Assembly (NCBI RefSeq): GCF_030028105.1
Contig: NC_092370.1
Coordinates: 94,446,969-94,510,968 of the forward strand
Source: Mobula birostris
Taxonomy: Eukaryota
Direction: 5' to 3'
Length of the DNA: 64,000 nucleotides
The position numbers and the translations under genes are program-made. Positions 27,105 to 40,199 of the stretch are shown in pieces. A model generated the notes under the pieces. It searched no databases, was not told the origin of the DNA, and saw nothing but the letters and a program-made list of their open reading frames with translations. Within the stretch, counting starts at the first letter, position 1. Each line of letters starts with the position of its first letter.

Positions 27105-29355
27105 CTATGAAGAAAAACAAAGTGGAACAAAGTGCGATCACAGAAGAAGAAAAGACCGACATTTAGGTATTGCCTTTCATCCCTTCATAATACTTTTGTG
27201 ATGTGGTTACCATGGTAGTGCAAGAAGTACAGCAATTAGCTAACACACAGCAAGATCCTGTAACTATATTGCTGTCCTTTCCCAGATGCCCCGAGAAGCT
27301 GCTCTCTTAAATATCTGTGACTCTTTTAGCGAAGGTACTTCCATAGCACTATTGTGCAGGGAGTTCCAGGATCTAGATTCACTATTGTATAATTTCCGTG
27401 ACCTGAATTGGATGATGGTTAAGGGATAATAATATTTTTCAAAGCCAGTATACCATACAACTTAGAGGGGAGCTTGTAAGTTACACCATTTCCATCTGCT
27501 TGATGGGATTGAGACACTTGGACAAAGTATGTGATTATTACTGGAAAGTCTTTATTTATCCTTGTTTATTAAATTTGACCCAGAATACTGAGACTAACTC
27601 CAGAAACTACAGATGTTGGAGTCAGGTAGCATCTGTGGATCAACTAGATTGTTGATATTTTGGGTTGAAGCCCTTGCTCTGGATTGATGAATTGTCTCGA
27701 TGAAGGGTCTAAATGAAACTCTTAACCCAAAAGATCGACTGTCCGTTTTCCTCTGCAGATGCTGCCTGGCCTGCTGAATTCCCCAGCAGCTTTTTTTTTG
27801 CATTTAAGATGATTTTCTCACTCCTCGTCCACACTAAAGGATTTATTACACATATTCAAGAGAAAAGATAGACCCTTGGTTGAATATCTTATCCTGAAAA
27901 AATAAAAGAATGAAAATCAAATTTTTAAGACTATTAATTTGATCTATTAAAAACACCACCATTAAAATATTCCTAATAATCATTATAAATTAAAAATAAA
28001 TTGTTGCTACTAAATAATAATTAGGCATTGTTTAGTACCAACAATTCAGTTAAATCTATGATGATTATTAAAAATAGTTTAATGGCAGTTTTGACATTCT
28101 ATCCTAAATATGAATTTTCGTAAAATATTGCAGTCCTAAAAAGCACCTGAATATTGAAGGTGGCTTTTCAGAAGAATTCTAACTCTGTAATTGCTGTAAT
28201 ATCTGAATCAGATTTACCACCGTCTGGTTTTGGACTGGAAAATCATGGAGAAAATTGTTTTTGGTTGCTATTGTTAAATATGGGCAAGTGTGTCAGCTGA
28301 CGATTATAGGCACCTCCAGAAACTCAGCTCAAGCAATGTCATTTGAGTTGAAAACACTGCTTTCTTGTGAATTATTACAACAGCAATTAATACTAGAGAA
28401 TGACACATTTATGCAAAATCTTAAAGAAAGAAAAACAAAATAAGCTGGCAGGACCAGTAAGTTAGTTCTCAGGCAAGACCACTGGCTTGAAATCTTAGCT
28501 GTTTTTCTTTTGCAGATGCTGCCTGACTAGCTGAGTAGTTCCATGATCTCTGTTTCATTTAAGTACAGATGATTTGAGTATATTCAGTAATTTGGCAAAT
28601 GTGAAAGATAAATGAAATGCATCACAATTAACAGGTATTGTAGGTATTGATAGCCAGCCGGTGGTGTAGTGGCATCAGCACCCAGCCTTTAATGCGAGTG
28701 GTCCTGGGTTCGAATTCAGCCGGCTCCTCACATGCCTTCCATCGATGCTGACTCAGCCTCATAAAAAACAGACAAAATGCAAAAGAAATGGCAAGGTTGT
28801 TGCCCAGTGCACCACAAGGCACAGAGAGGAATAACAACTCTGTAGGTATTGATAAGTGAAAAGATTATCACATGCAAGAGATTTGAAAGTCATGATGATC
28901 AAGTAAGTTCTCTACACAGAGCTTTTCTTTGTCTTGAAAATCCTAGATTTCCTTGTAATCTATTTTTTATGTAAGTAATCCTCTCCCAGAGAGAAGATAT
29001 TTCAGCAGTAGGGTAGTCAATTATTGATCAGCAGAAGCTAGTTTATTAGCTGTTCTTCGTTGCAATGTTATACTGATGAACATTAATGAGGCAAATCATT
29101 GCTTTTTCTGGACAATAGATAAGAATGAAAAATTGTCATTCCATTACTATTTGAAATAAAAGATTCAAGTTTTCATTCATTGATTAAAAGTGTAAGCTCT
29201 TTTTTGAGAAAGAAGTATAGCAAGTTAACAGTATATCAGTAATATTTTATAAAACCAAGGACAAGGCCAGAATTTATTACACATTCACTATACATGAATA
29301 GAACCCAAACATACTTAGCTACGGTTTTTAAAGGTAAAGAGTCCCTATCTCCTAC

Positions 29356-29469
29356 CTTATCTTGCATCAATCGAGCATCTTTGTTTGAGGACCTCAGTAG
29401 CATCTGTACTATGTTGAGAGCACCACTGGGTCGACTGGCAGCAAAATGTAGAGGCAACTGATCCTTATG
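29356..29469 (-). CDS. trpn1: TRPN1 ankyrin exon (HKDQLPLHFAASRPSGALNIVQMLLRSSNKDARLMQDK), the most 5' exon recognised
   Basis: 114 bp, phase 0, tttcag| ... |gtagga; internal exon with no start codon. Confidence 0.9.
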
Positions 29470-30803
29470 CTGAAATAAAGACAATGAAATAGGCATTATA
29501 TAGAACATGTTAAAGAGGACACAATTTTCCCACCAATTCCCTGTTGCTGTCTGTGTCTCTAAGCAGAAGGCTGCAGAGTTCAGCATAGATATCTGGCATC
29601 AAATGCCAAATCTCAAATGTCTATTAAAAAAATTCTCTGGCATCCTTCTAAGAAAAGATGAGTAATCTTTGCTAACCAGATCATTACCTATTCCTCAGGC
29701 AATACCATATATACAAATTATACCAATATACAGGATGTTATTTATTTATTAAGATACCATGTGGCATTGACACTTCTAGCCCTTTGAGCTATGCCACCCT
29801 GCAATCCTCAAATTTAATCCTTGCCTAACCACCGGACAAATTACAATGACCAATCAACCTACCTACTAGTAGATTTTTGGACTGAGGGAGGAAACTCACG
29901 TGGTCATGGGGAGAACATACAAACTCCTTACGGGAATTGAACCTGGGCCGCCTGTACTGTAAAGCATTGTGCTAACCACTACACTACCATGCCACCCTAA
30001 TGTAAGAGGCTATAGAGAACAGTGGACATAGTCCAGTCAATCATGGGCACAACCCACCCCACCAGCGACAGCATCAATAGGAGATGCTGCATCTTCAGTG
30101 GGCCTTATCATCTAGGATCCCTGCTGCCTGGGTCATGACTTTGTTCCACTATTGTCAGACAGAAGGTACAGAAGCCTGAAATCTCACATCAGAAGGTTCA
30201 GGAAGAGCTCTTTTCCTTCAACTATGAGGTTCTTGAAACAACCTACCCCTGCTGCAGCAACCAAAAATTAAGGACCACCTGTTATGGACTTCTCTCTAAA
30301 TGTGTTTTGACTTGCACACGTTTTGCTTTGCGTAGTCTTTTTCCTCTTCACTGCCTTATATAATTTATGAACTATTCATGTATAATTTATGTTTTGTATG
30401 TTGTCTATATCTATGAGTCAGTGGTGCAAGCTTTTCATTGGAACTGTACTTCACAGTACTTGTACATATGGTGATAAATTTGACATGACTAGCAATATTA
30501 CAAAGGTAAAGTACTGAAGAAGCCAATAATCTGAAATAAAAATAGAACGTATTGGAAATGCTGAGCAGGTTAAGCAGCATTTATAGAGAGAGATAAAGAG
30601 TTAATATTACAGGTCAACGTTAATCAAAATCCTTTGTTATCCAACTGAGTTTGTAAAGCATTACTATATGCAAATTAGCATCTGCTTTTCATATAATAAA
30701 AGTATTACATTTCAAAAATATTTCATTGCCTCTGAAGTTCTTTGGGATGATGGAAAACATGCTATGGAATGCAAGCCTTTCTTTTTATTGCACTTCTTGC
30801 TGA

Positions 30804-30941
30804 TGCATTCAGCAGTCCATGGCATATTCACGAAACAAGGGGCAATCTATGGCAGTTGGATTAGCATGGTTTTGCATTCAGCAGTCCATGGCATATTCAC
30901 AAAACAAGGGGCAATCTATGGCAGTTGGATTAGCATGGTTT
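30804..30941. repeat. 69-bp tandem duplication, two near-identical copies
   Basis: tgcattcagcagtccatggcatattcac(g/a)aaacaaggggcaatctatggcagttggattagcatggttt repeated at 30804 and 30873. Confidence 0.9.
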
Positions 30942-33263
30942 TCTACGTTGTTCAAACAAACTGGCTTGGTGCTTCTCAATGGAGTCTTTCCTAGTTGATT
31001 TGAATTGGGAAACTTTTGAGCCCAGTGATTAGTTTGCAATGCACTATTGCCAGACATTACAGAAGAGGCAACAGCTCCAATGTGGCTTATGAGGGTATTT
31101 TTCAGGCTATCAGAATCATAAGGTCTTAGAGCTTGAAAAGAGGCCCTTCAGCCTACCAAGGCCCTGCTAAACATCCATTTGTTCTAATCTACTTTTACTC
31201 ATGCCACACTCTCTCCTCACACCCACACATGAGGGGCAATTTAACCCTACTCAGTCTGTGTTTATCCAAATACTTTTATATACAATCCCTTAAAACGCCT
31301 TCCAACAATGTATCCACTATTGATGTCAGGCTCACTGGCCTATAATTTCGCAGCCTGGAGCCTTTCTTAAACAATGAAACAACATTTGCTATCCTCCAAA
31401 CCTCCAGCAAACTTGCAGGGTAAATTCTATCATATTATAATCACCCTCTCCTAAGGGTTCCTTTACCTTAAGCTGTTTACTCAAATTTGGTTTATTGCAC
31501 AGCATGAAATCCAGAATTGCCATTTCCCTAGTGAGAGCCATCTAGTAGGGATACTGTACATACATTCCACATAACAATGTGTAGATCAACCGGAAAAATC
31601 AACTCCTGTGACAACTTGATTTTTTTCAGTCTATTTGCATATTGAAGTCCAACATTACCATTTTAACATTGTCTTTCTTTCTTCCTTTTTTAATCTCTTG
31701 TTGTTATGTGCACCTCACATTCTGGCTTCTATACACTGTATATAAATCCCACCAGGTTCTTTTGAGACAAGGAGGTGAGACAACTTTTTGAGATTAATAT
31801 AGGAAGTCAAGGCTCAAGGACTTGAAAGTAATATTGCAAAAAAAGCCACATAAACTCACACACAGTTGGAAGATACAGATTTGAAGTAATTGGTTAAGAG
31901 CCAGAGAGGAGGTGAAAGTTCTTTTACCCACTACACCCAGAATGCTTTACATGAAAGTCTGTTGTCACATGCTCATATAAGGACTTAGGGTCAACAAATG
32001 GTTTTTTATGTAAATAACTTTATTTTGTAATATTTCTGAATAAAGTATATTTTTGGGAAAAATAGCTCCTTATGCAGCTCTCTCTAAAGTTTGACTAAAC
32101 TTTCATAAAATCCCTTGAGGTAACCACTGCATAAAGATGCCACCTAAATTGGATGTGTTTCTTTAGCTGTTGTGGAAGTATGAGTTGGTAATGACTTTCA
32201 AAAGGAAATGAGGTTAGTGGTAAAGGGGAGACAATTGCAAAGAACAAGCAAGTGGAAATACTTAAGACAGTTCTTTCATAGAAGTCACAAGACATAACAA
32301 ACTGAATGCCCTTCTGTACTGCATTCTAAAGCAATTAGACTATCTGCTTAAGTAATAGCAACTTTACCCTTTTCATGAGGAATACACATGGACTGCAATG
32401 CATATTTTATATCTTTTCATCAGACATGCTGGATTTAAATCCAGTTCTCAAAATTGGGAATGCTGGAATCCAGTCTCCATAAATCTTCCCATTGAGCTGC
32501 CATTTAATATTAAATCTGGAACAATCAGCCCAAGAGCAGCTGGTAAAGTTTGCTGCTGTTGGTTTAATTGTTCTGTACTTATTATGTTCATGGAGAGTGA
32601 TTAACTGAAAAAGCCAATACACGGCTTCACTCATGTCTTTGTGTTGAACAAACCCCTCTAATTTGGCATTTAATTAATGATGTACTTATAAGGCAATAAT
32701 GGTGGCTTGTGCATTATATAGAAATAGGGGAGCAGTGTGAGGACAGTATTAAGTAGTGAGAGGTTTACTCTGCAGTTACTTGTGCTCTACCTGACCTAAG
32801 AAATATAGATATCACTTGCTGTTCAGGGGATACTGATTTTTTTTTTCTCCAAAAATACTTTATTCAGAAGTATTACAAAATAAAGTTATTTACATACAAG
32901 AAAAAAACATTTGTTGACTCTGAGTCCTTATTCAATAAAGGTATTTACAATAAAATTATGTGTTGGCTCTCTGTTCACTTACAAATGAAATATGTTTACA
33001 ATAAACCGTTCATTTACTCTCAACCTGTTCAGGGGCTACTGATGAACTTGCTCTACACAAAATTTTAACAAAATGAAGGACGAAAAGGAGATAGCAGATC
33101 CCAGCTGTACACAATTCCTTATAAGGTAGCGATATCACCTCTCCATTGCAATTGAAGCTGAATACATCATGTTGTCAAGACCTTACAAGGCATGAATGGT
33201 CACAAAAATCTAATACATCATAATGGATACCTCATATATTTAAGCTGTGAAAGATATTAAATA

Positions 33264-33271
33264 TATTTAAA
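33264..33271 (+). promoter_or_regulatory. TATA-like box of the Z1-like gene
   Basis: TATTTAAA about 60 bp upstream of the ATG; a second candidate tatatttaag lies near 33235. Confidence 0.45.
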
Positions 33272-33326
33272 CAAAGACAAGACGCTGGGATTTAAGAGTC
33301 AAAAGTAAGGTGGATGAGACACAGTA

Positions 33327-33491
33327 ATGAAGCGCTCTAAGCCAGTTAAGAAGACAGAAACTTGTTATTTACGGAGGCGGCACTTACGACGATTATGTCT
33401 AACCAAGAGGGACAGGTCTAAAATATATCGAAGAAGATGCCACATTAGAAGATTGCCAAAAAGAAGAAGAAGAGGGAGAAGAAGATGTTAA
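33327..33491 (+). CDS. Scylliorhinine Z1-like Cys/Arg-rich protamine, 54 aa: [54 protein letters not shown]
   Basis: Hand-translated, below the ORF-track cut-off; ATG...TAA, intronless; [10 protein letters not shown]...[19 protein letters not shown] pattern matches catshark protamine Z1 as I recall it; AATAAA at 33621. Confidence 0.88.
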   Translation: MKRSKPVKKTETCYLRRRHLRRLCLTKRDRSKIYRRRCHIRRLPKRRRRGRRRC

Positions 33492-33620
33492 GAATTGCTT
33501 GTCAGTCTTCATCCAACAAGAACCATTCCTAATGAGTTTTCTCAAGAAACGTTCACTGTTTGTGATGAAGTACTCCCTGAATTCAATACTCCTGCTGCTT
33601 CTTTCACTGAAGTCATTTTG

Positions 33621-33626
33621 AATAAA
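33621..33626 (+). terminator. Poly(A) signal of the Z1-like gene
   Basis: AATAAA 130 bp after the stop, preceded by TTCACTGA...TTG. Confidence 0.7.
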
Positions 33627-34686
33627 ATTCAAATCAAATAACTATTGTGTACCTTGACTCTAATGTACTGAACTGAGTTGGAGAGGATCAGTAACTTTAA
33701 ATTCCTTAGTGTTATCATTTCAGGGTATTTGTCCTAGGACTAGCATATAAGAGTCACTACAAAGAAAGCACAGCAGTGCCTCTATTTTTTTTAGAAATTA
33801 GCACAAATTCAAATTTACATCTAAAACTTTAAAAAACTTCTGCTGAGGCACAGTGCGGACTATCATGACAGATTCTGTCACAGCTTGCTATGGGAAGGCC
33901 AATGCCCACGAATGGAAAAACCTATAAAAAGTAGTGGATACAGTCCATTCCATCACAGGAAAAGCCCTCCCACCATTTAATACACCTACAAGTAGCACTG
34001 CCACAAGAAAGCAGCATCCACCAGCAAGGGCCCCCACCATCCACGGTCTTTTCTCTCTGCTGCCATTAAGGAAAAGGTACAGGAGCCTTACATCCAATGC
34101 TACCAGGTTCAGGAACAGTTATTGCCCCTCAACCAGCAGGCTCCTGAAGCAATGTGGATAACCACACTCACCTCAACACTGAACTGATTCCACACTTATG
34201 GACTCACTATCAAGGACTCCACAACTCATGTCTTAATATTATCTGTTCTTTATTTATGTGTTTGCACAGTTTGTTTTCTGTTGTTTTAAATTGAGAAATA
34301 GCATGGAATATGCCCTCATGGCCCTATGAACCATGCCATCCAGCAATTTCCCGATTTAATCCTCGCCTAATCACAGGACAGTTTATAATGGCCAAAGAAC
34401 TTACCAATCGGTACGCCTTTGGACTGTGGGAGGAAACTAGGGGACCCAGCGGAAACCCATGCAGTCACAGGGAGAACGTACAAACTCCTTACAGGCTGTG
34501 GTGGGAATTAAACCCAGGTAATCTGTACTGAAAAGCATAGTGCTAACCACTAAGCTACCACACCACCCCGTTGCACATTGGTTGTTCATCTGTCTTTGTT
34601 TTTATTGATTCTATTGTATTTCCTTGTATCTACTGTGAATGCCCGTAAGGAAATGAATCCTGGGTAGTATATGGTATCATATATAG

Positions 34687-35410
34687 CAGCGGTCCCCAAC
34701 CACCGAGCCGCGGACCGGTACCAGGCCACGGGGAAATGATATGAGTCAGCTGCACCTTTCCTTATTCCCTGTCACGCACTGTTGAACTTGGACATAGGGT
34801 TGCCAACAGTCCTGTATTTGTTGGGACATCCCATATATTGGGTTAAATCGGTTTGTCCCATATGGGACTGCCCTTGTCCCGTATTTCCCCCGCTAGGGTA
34901 GAGTGTTCCTACGAAACCTTTCATGCCGAAATGGCGTGAAGTGAAGGAGCAATTACCATTAATTTATACGGGAAAAGTTTTTGAGCGTTCCCAGACCCAA
35001 AAAGTAACCTACCAAATCATACCAACTAACACATAAAACTGAAAATATAGTGAAAGCAGGAATGATATGATAAATACACAGCCTATATAAAGTAGAAATA
35101 ATGTATGTGCAGTGTAGTTGGGAAGATAAAGGCAAAACCGATTTGTGGAAAAAAATCAACACGCACGCGCACACAAGTGCCCGCGCAAGGCTTTCATGGT
35201 CATGGTAGTCTTTCCTGGGGTAAAGTGTCCCAGGACTGCTAGTTTTATCGCTTATTTGGGGATGAGAAAATTGGCAACCCTTACTGTAAAAGACATGTTG
35301 AGGTGAGTTTAACCCTACTTGAATATACCTCCCCCCACCGGTCGGCCGGTCTGCAAGAATATTGTCATTATTAAACCAGTCCGCGCTGCAAAGAAGGTTG
35401 GGGACCACTG
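34687..35410. mobile_element. Non-autonomous hAT (Charlie-like) element
   Basis: TIRs cagcggtccccaacc ... ggttggggaccactg; 8-bp TSD ATATATAG on both sides. Confidence 0.88.
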
Positions 35411-35447
35411 ATATATAGACTTTGATAATAAATTTATTTTAAGGTTT

Positions 35448-37745
35448 CAGAATCAGAATCAGATACATTACAATACATAATAAAAATCTATAAAATACAA
35501 TAAAAATACATAAAATAAATTAAACAAGTAGTGCAAAAAGAGCAAAAAATAAATAGTGAGGTAGTGTACATGGATTGATTTTCCATTCAGAAATCTGATG
35601 GCGGTGGAGAAGAAACTGTTTCTAAGACATTGAGTGTATGTCTGCAGGTTCCTGTGTCTCCTTCTTGATGGGAGCAATGAGAAGGGGGCATGTCCTGGGT
35701 GATGGGGGTCTTTAATGATGGATGCCACCTTTTTGAGGCATCGCCTTTTGAAGATGTCCTCAATACTGGGGAGTCTGCTGCCCATGTTGGAAATGGCTGA
35801 GTTTACAGCTCTTTGCAGCTTTTTCCGATCCTGTGCAGTGGCCCCTTTGGAACAGATAATGATGCAACCAGTTAGATGCTCTCCATGGTACATCTGAGAG
35901 TCCATGTGAGAGTCTTTTGTGACATACCAAGTCTCTTCAAACCCCTAATGAAGTATCGGCACTGTCGTGCCTTCTTTGTAATTGAATCAATATTTTGGGC
36001 CCAGGACAGGTCTTCAGAGATACTGACACGCAGGAACTTGAAACTGCTCACCCTTTACACTGCTGAAACCTCGATGAGGACTGCTGTGTGTTTCCGTGAC
36101 TTCTACTTCCGGAAGTCTACAATCAATCAGGTCCACAATCTTACCAATGTTGAGTGCAAGGTTGTTGTTTTGACACTACTCAATCAGTTGATCTATCCTT
36201 CTCGTAGATACCTCCTGATCACCATTTGGAATTCTGCCAACAATACTTGTGTCATCTGCATTTGATCTGTGCCCAGTTGCGGGTGTAGAGAGTAGAGCAG
36301 ATGGGGAAAGCACGCATCCTTGAGCTATGCCCACGTTGACTGTCAGTGAGGAGGAGATGTTATTTCCAATTTGCATTTCTGTGGTCTTCTGATGAAATGG
36401 TCAAGGATCCAGTTGCAAAGGGAGGTACAGAGGCCCAGGTTTTGGAACTTTCTAATTCGTACTGAGGGTATGCTGGTGTTGAACTCTGAGCTGTAATCAA
36501 TAAACAGCAGGTGATCCGATGCCAAGTGGGGAACCAATGAGGTTGCATCTGCAGTGGACCTATAGTGGCAATAGGCAAATTGCAGAGGCTCCATGTCCTT
36601 ACTTAAGGCAGGAGTTGATCCTAGCCATGACCAACCCCTCAAAGCACTTCAGCACAGTAGATGTGGGTGATAAGTATTGAGGCAGATCATCCTGCTCGTC
36701 TTGGGCGATGCCATGATCGTCACCTTTTTGAAGTAGGTGGAAACCTCCAACTACAGCAGTGAGAGATGTCCTTGAAAATCTCCCACCAGTTGGTTGTCAC
36801 AGGTTTTCAATGCCCTACCAGCTCCACCATCAGGGCCTGATGACTTAGAAGGGTTATTTCTCATGAAAGAAATTATAATGTTGGCCTCTGAGACAGAGAT
36901 TACAGGGTCATCAGATGTGACAAGGATTTACACAGGTGTAGTTTTACTCTCCCTTTCAAAGCATGCATAAAAGTCATTTAGCTCATATGGAAGTGAAGCA
37001 TCAGAGAAATTCATGGTGTTAGGTTTTGCCTTGTAGGAAGTAATAACCTGCAAACCCTGCCAGAGCCAACATGCATCCAATTCCACCTCTAACTGCAATC
37101 AGAATTGTTTTTTTGCTCTTAAGATAGCCTTCCGTAGGGTGTACCTGGATTTCTTGTATAGTTCTCTATCAGCAGTCTTAATGTCACAGATACAGCCCGC
37201 AGCAGACTACGAATCTCCTAGTTCATCCATGGCTTTAGATTTGGGTATGCCCGGTATGTTATCGAAGGCACACACTCATCCATACAGGTGTTGATGAAGT
37301 TGGTGAAAAGTGGGGTGTTTTCAATCAGATCAAAAGATGAATCCCTGTATATAGTACAGCCCACCAATTCAAAGCAATCCTATAAATGCTCCTTTGCCTC
37401 CTTTGACCATACGTTCTTGGTCTTCACCACTGGTTCTATGGTGTTAGTCTCTGCCTATATGGAGACAGTAGAAGCATAGCCAGGTGATCAGACTTTACAA
37501 GGTGCAGGTATGGGATGGTATGGTGAGCATTGTTGGTGGTGGCATAACAGTAGACAAGTTTGTTGGCTCCTCTGGTTCCACAGGTGATATGTCGATGGTA
37601 GTCGACAGAGACTTCTTCACGCTGGCCTAGTTGAAAACCTGCAAAGACAAGGAAGGTATCAGAATTCGTTTCAAGACTGCTGATCATGGTGTTCAACGCC
37701 TCCAGTGCCTGTCTGACATTGGCCTGAGATGGAATATACACCACT
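35448..37745 (-). mobile_element. Rex1/Babar-type LINE, degenerate (EN to RT to 3' end)
   Basis: ORFs 35468-35905, 36176-36376, 36343-36642 and 37436-37786 carry Rex1 EN and RT motifs. Confidence 0.8.
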
Positions 37746-38690
37746 ATCAAGTTTGCTGATGACATTGGTGTCGTAGGCTGAATCAAAGGTGGTGATGAAT
37801 CAGCATATGAGGAAGACTGAAAATCTGGCTGAGTGGTGCCATAACAAAAACCTCTTCCTCAATGTCAACAAGATCAAGGAACTGATTATTGACTTCAAGA
37901 GGAGGAAACTAGAGGTCCATGAGCCAATGAGGTGGAGATGATCAGCACCTTTAAATTCCTCGGTGTTATCATTTCAGAGGACCTGTCCTAGGCCCAGCAC
38001 ATAAGTACAGCAAAGACAACACAGCAGCACCTCTACTTCCCGAGGCATTTGCAAAGATTCAGCGTGACATCTAAAACTTTGACAAACGTTTATAGATGTG
38101 TGGTGAAGAATATATTGACTGACTGCATCACAGCTTGGTATGGAAACACCAATGTCCTTGAACAGAAAATCCTACCAAAATGTAGTGGGTATGGTCCAGT
38201 CCATCACAGTTAAATCCCTCCCAACCAGTGAACACATCTATACAGGCCATTATCGCAGGAAAGCAGCATTCATCATCAGCGACCTCTACCACCCAATTCA
38301 GGCTCTCTTCTCACTGCTGCCATCAGGAAGAAAGTACAGAAACCTCAGGGCTCGCACCACCAGGTTCAAGAACAACTACCCCTCAACTATCAGGCTCTTG
38401 AATCAAAGGGGATAACTTCACTCAACTTAATGCCCCATCACAGAAATGTTCCCACAACTTATGTACTCACCTTCGAGGACTCTTCATCTCATGCTCTCGG
38501 TATTTATTGCTTATTTGTTTATTATTATTATTTCTTTTTTTGTATTTACACAGTGTGTTGTCCTTTGCACACTGGTTGTTTGCCCAGTTGGGTGTGATCT
38601 TTCATTGATTCTATTATGGTTATTGGATCTATTGAGTATGTGCGCAAGAAAATGAATCTCATGGTTGTATATGGTGACAGATTGAACTGA
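37746..38690 (+). mobile_element. Rex1-type LINE 3' fragment
   Basis: KFADD at 37749, then LFSLLPSGRKYRNLRARTTRFKNNYPSTIRLLNQ. Confidence 0.75.
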
Positions 38691-38699
38691 CCTTATTTC

Positions 38700-39362
38700 T
38701 TACATCCTTCACAGATATGAGGAGTAAAAATCTTCATCTAAATATGCAATGTGCAATCATAGTAATTTATAATAAATAGAACAGTCAATGTAATATAGAG
38801 TACACTCAAATTAGCAGGAGTTTATCAGTCTGATGGCCTGGTGGAAGAAGCTGGCCTGGATCCTGTTGGTCCTGGCTTTTATACTGCAGTACCGTTTCCC
38901 AGATGGTAGCAGCTGGAATAGATTGTGATTGGGGTGACTCCAGTCCCCAATGATCCTTCCGGCCCTTTTTACACACCTGTCTTTGTAAATGTCCTGAATC
39001 ATGGGAAGTTTACAACTACAGATGCGCTGGGCTGTCCGCACCACTCTCTGCAGAATCCTGCGATTAAGGGAGGTACAGTTCCCATACCAGGCAGTGATTC
39101 AGCCAGCCAGGATGCTCTCAATTTTGCCCCTGTAGAAAGTTCTTAGCATTCGGGGGCCCATACCAAACTTCCACAACCCTCTGAAGTGAAAGAGGCGCTG
39201 TTATGCCTTTTTCACCACACAGCTGCTGTGTATAGACACACGTGAGGTCCTTGGTGATGTGGATGTTGAGGAACTTAAAGCTGTTCACCCTCTCAACCCC
39301 AGATCCATTGGTGTCAATAGAGGTTAGGCTGTCTCTATTCCTCCCGCAATCCACAACCAGCT
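38700..39362 (-). mobile_element. Rex1-type LINE 3' fragment
   Basis: VERVNSFKFLNIHITKDL; HPNHNLFQLLPSGKRYCSIKARTNR..SFFHQAIRLIN. Confidence 0.75.
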
Positions 39363-40199
39363 CCTATATGAACTTTGAAGTACCCCTGACTGTGACTCTG
39401 CATTCAGCTGTAGTCCTAAATGGGAGTATCTGATGATTTTCTTCGGAGTTGAATGCAAAGAGTCACCACTGAAAGCCGCCAACTTGGCATCTGGTTGAAT
39501 TTCTGCAGCAGCACCAGTTGATGTGGAAAGGGCCACAATCACATTTAAATTTGGAAATAGGTGGCTTTCAGAAGAGATTGTGCTGAAAAAATAAACAAGA
39601 ATCTGGGTTTCAGATCAATCTATGAATAGAGATGCAGCATAGGATGAAATTTTGTAAATGCCTACAAAACAGGGGGACAATTCAGAATCATAGGAATGTA
39701 AATCACTATATGACATTACTATGGTGAGACAGGAATTGTTGGAGCTTTGGTGCTTTTAAATGCACAAAAGTTGCCAGGAGAGAGTGAGAGAGGGAGAGAA
39801 CAATGTGCATGCATAGACATCAGCGCATGCGCAGACAACATATCAGTATGTAGTGCTAAGGGGGAAAGTCATTGGTCTAAAAGAAATAGATCCATACATT
39901 ACAGTCCATTGACGAGAGTCCTTGATGAAGATGGTTTGAACCCAAATGCTGGGGTATCCGAAGCTAGATTTGAGACATGTTATCAAACTGGATCGGAGCA
40001 CAAAAGAAATGCTGGACGATATCACTAGTAGGCTTACTATTGAGCACAGAACTTATGCTCATGTTTTCCTTAAGTACCCAATTCTTGGCACCCAACACAT
40101 GATTATCGATTAATGAGAACGTCCTAAGCCCTTAAAGAGGCCATGCCAGCTATCCGTATTCTGGAGAATTAGAGTGTTTAAATCTCGGAAGCTGGCGTA

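Noticed and set aside
33399-33632. 77-aa minus-strand Ser-rich ORF
   Set aside because: Antisense to the Z1-like protamine; the Ser/Phe runs mirror its AGA codons
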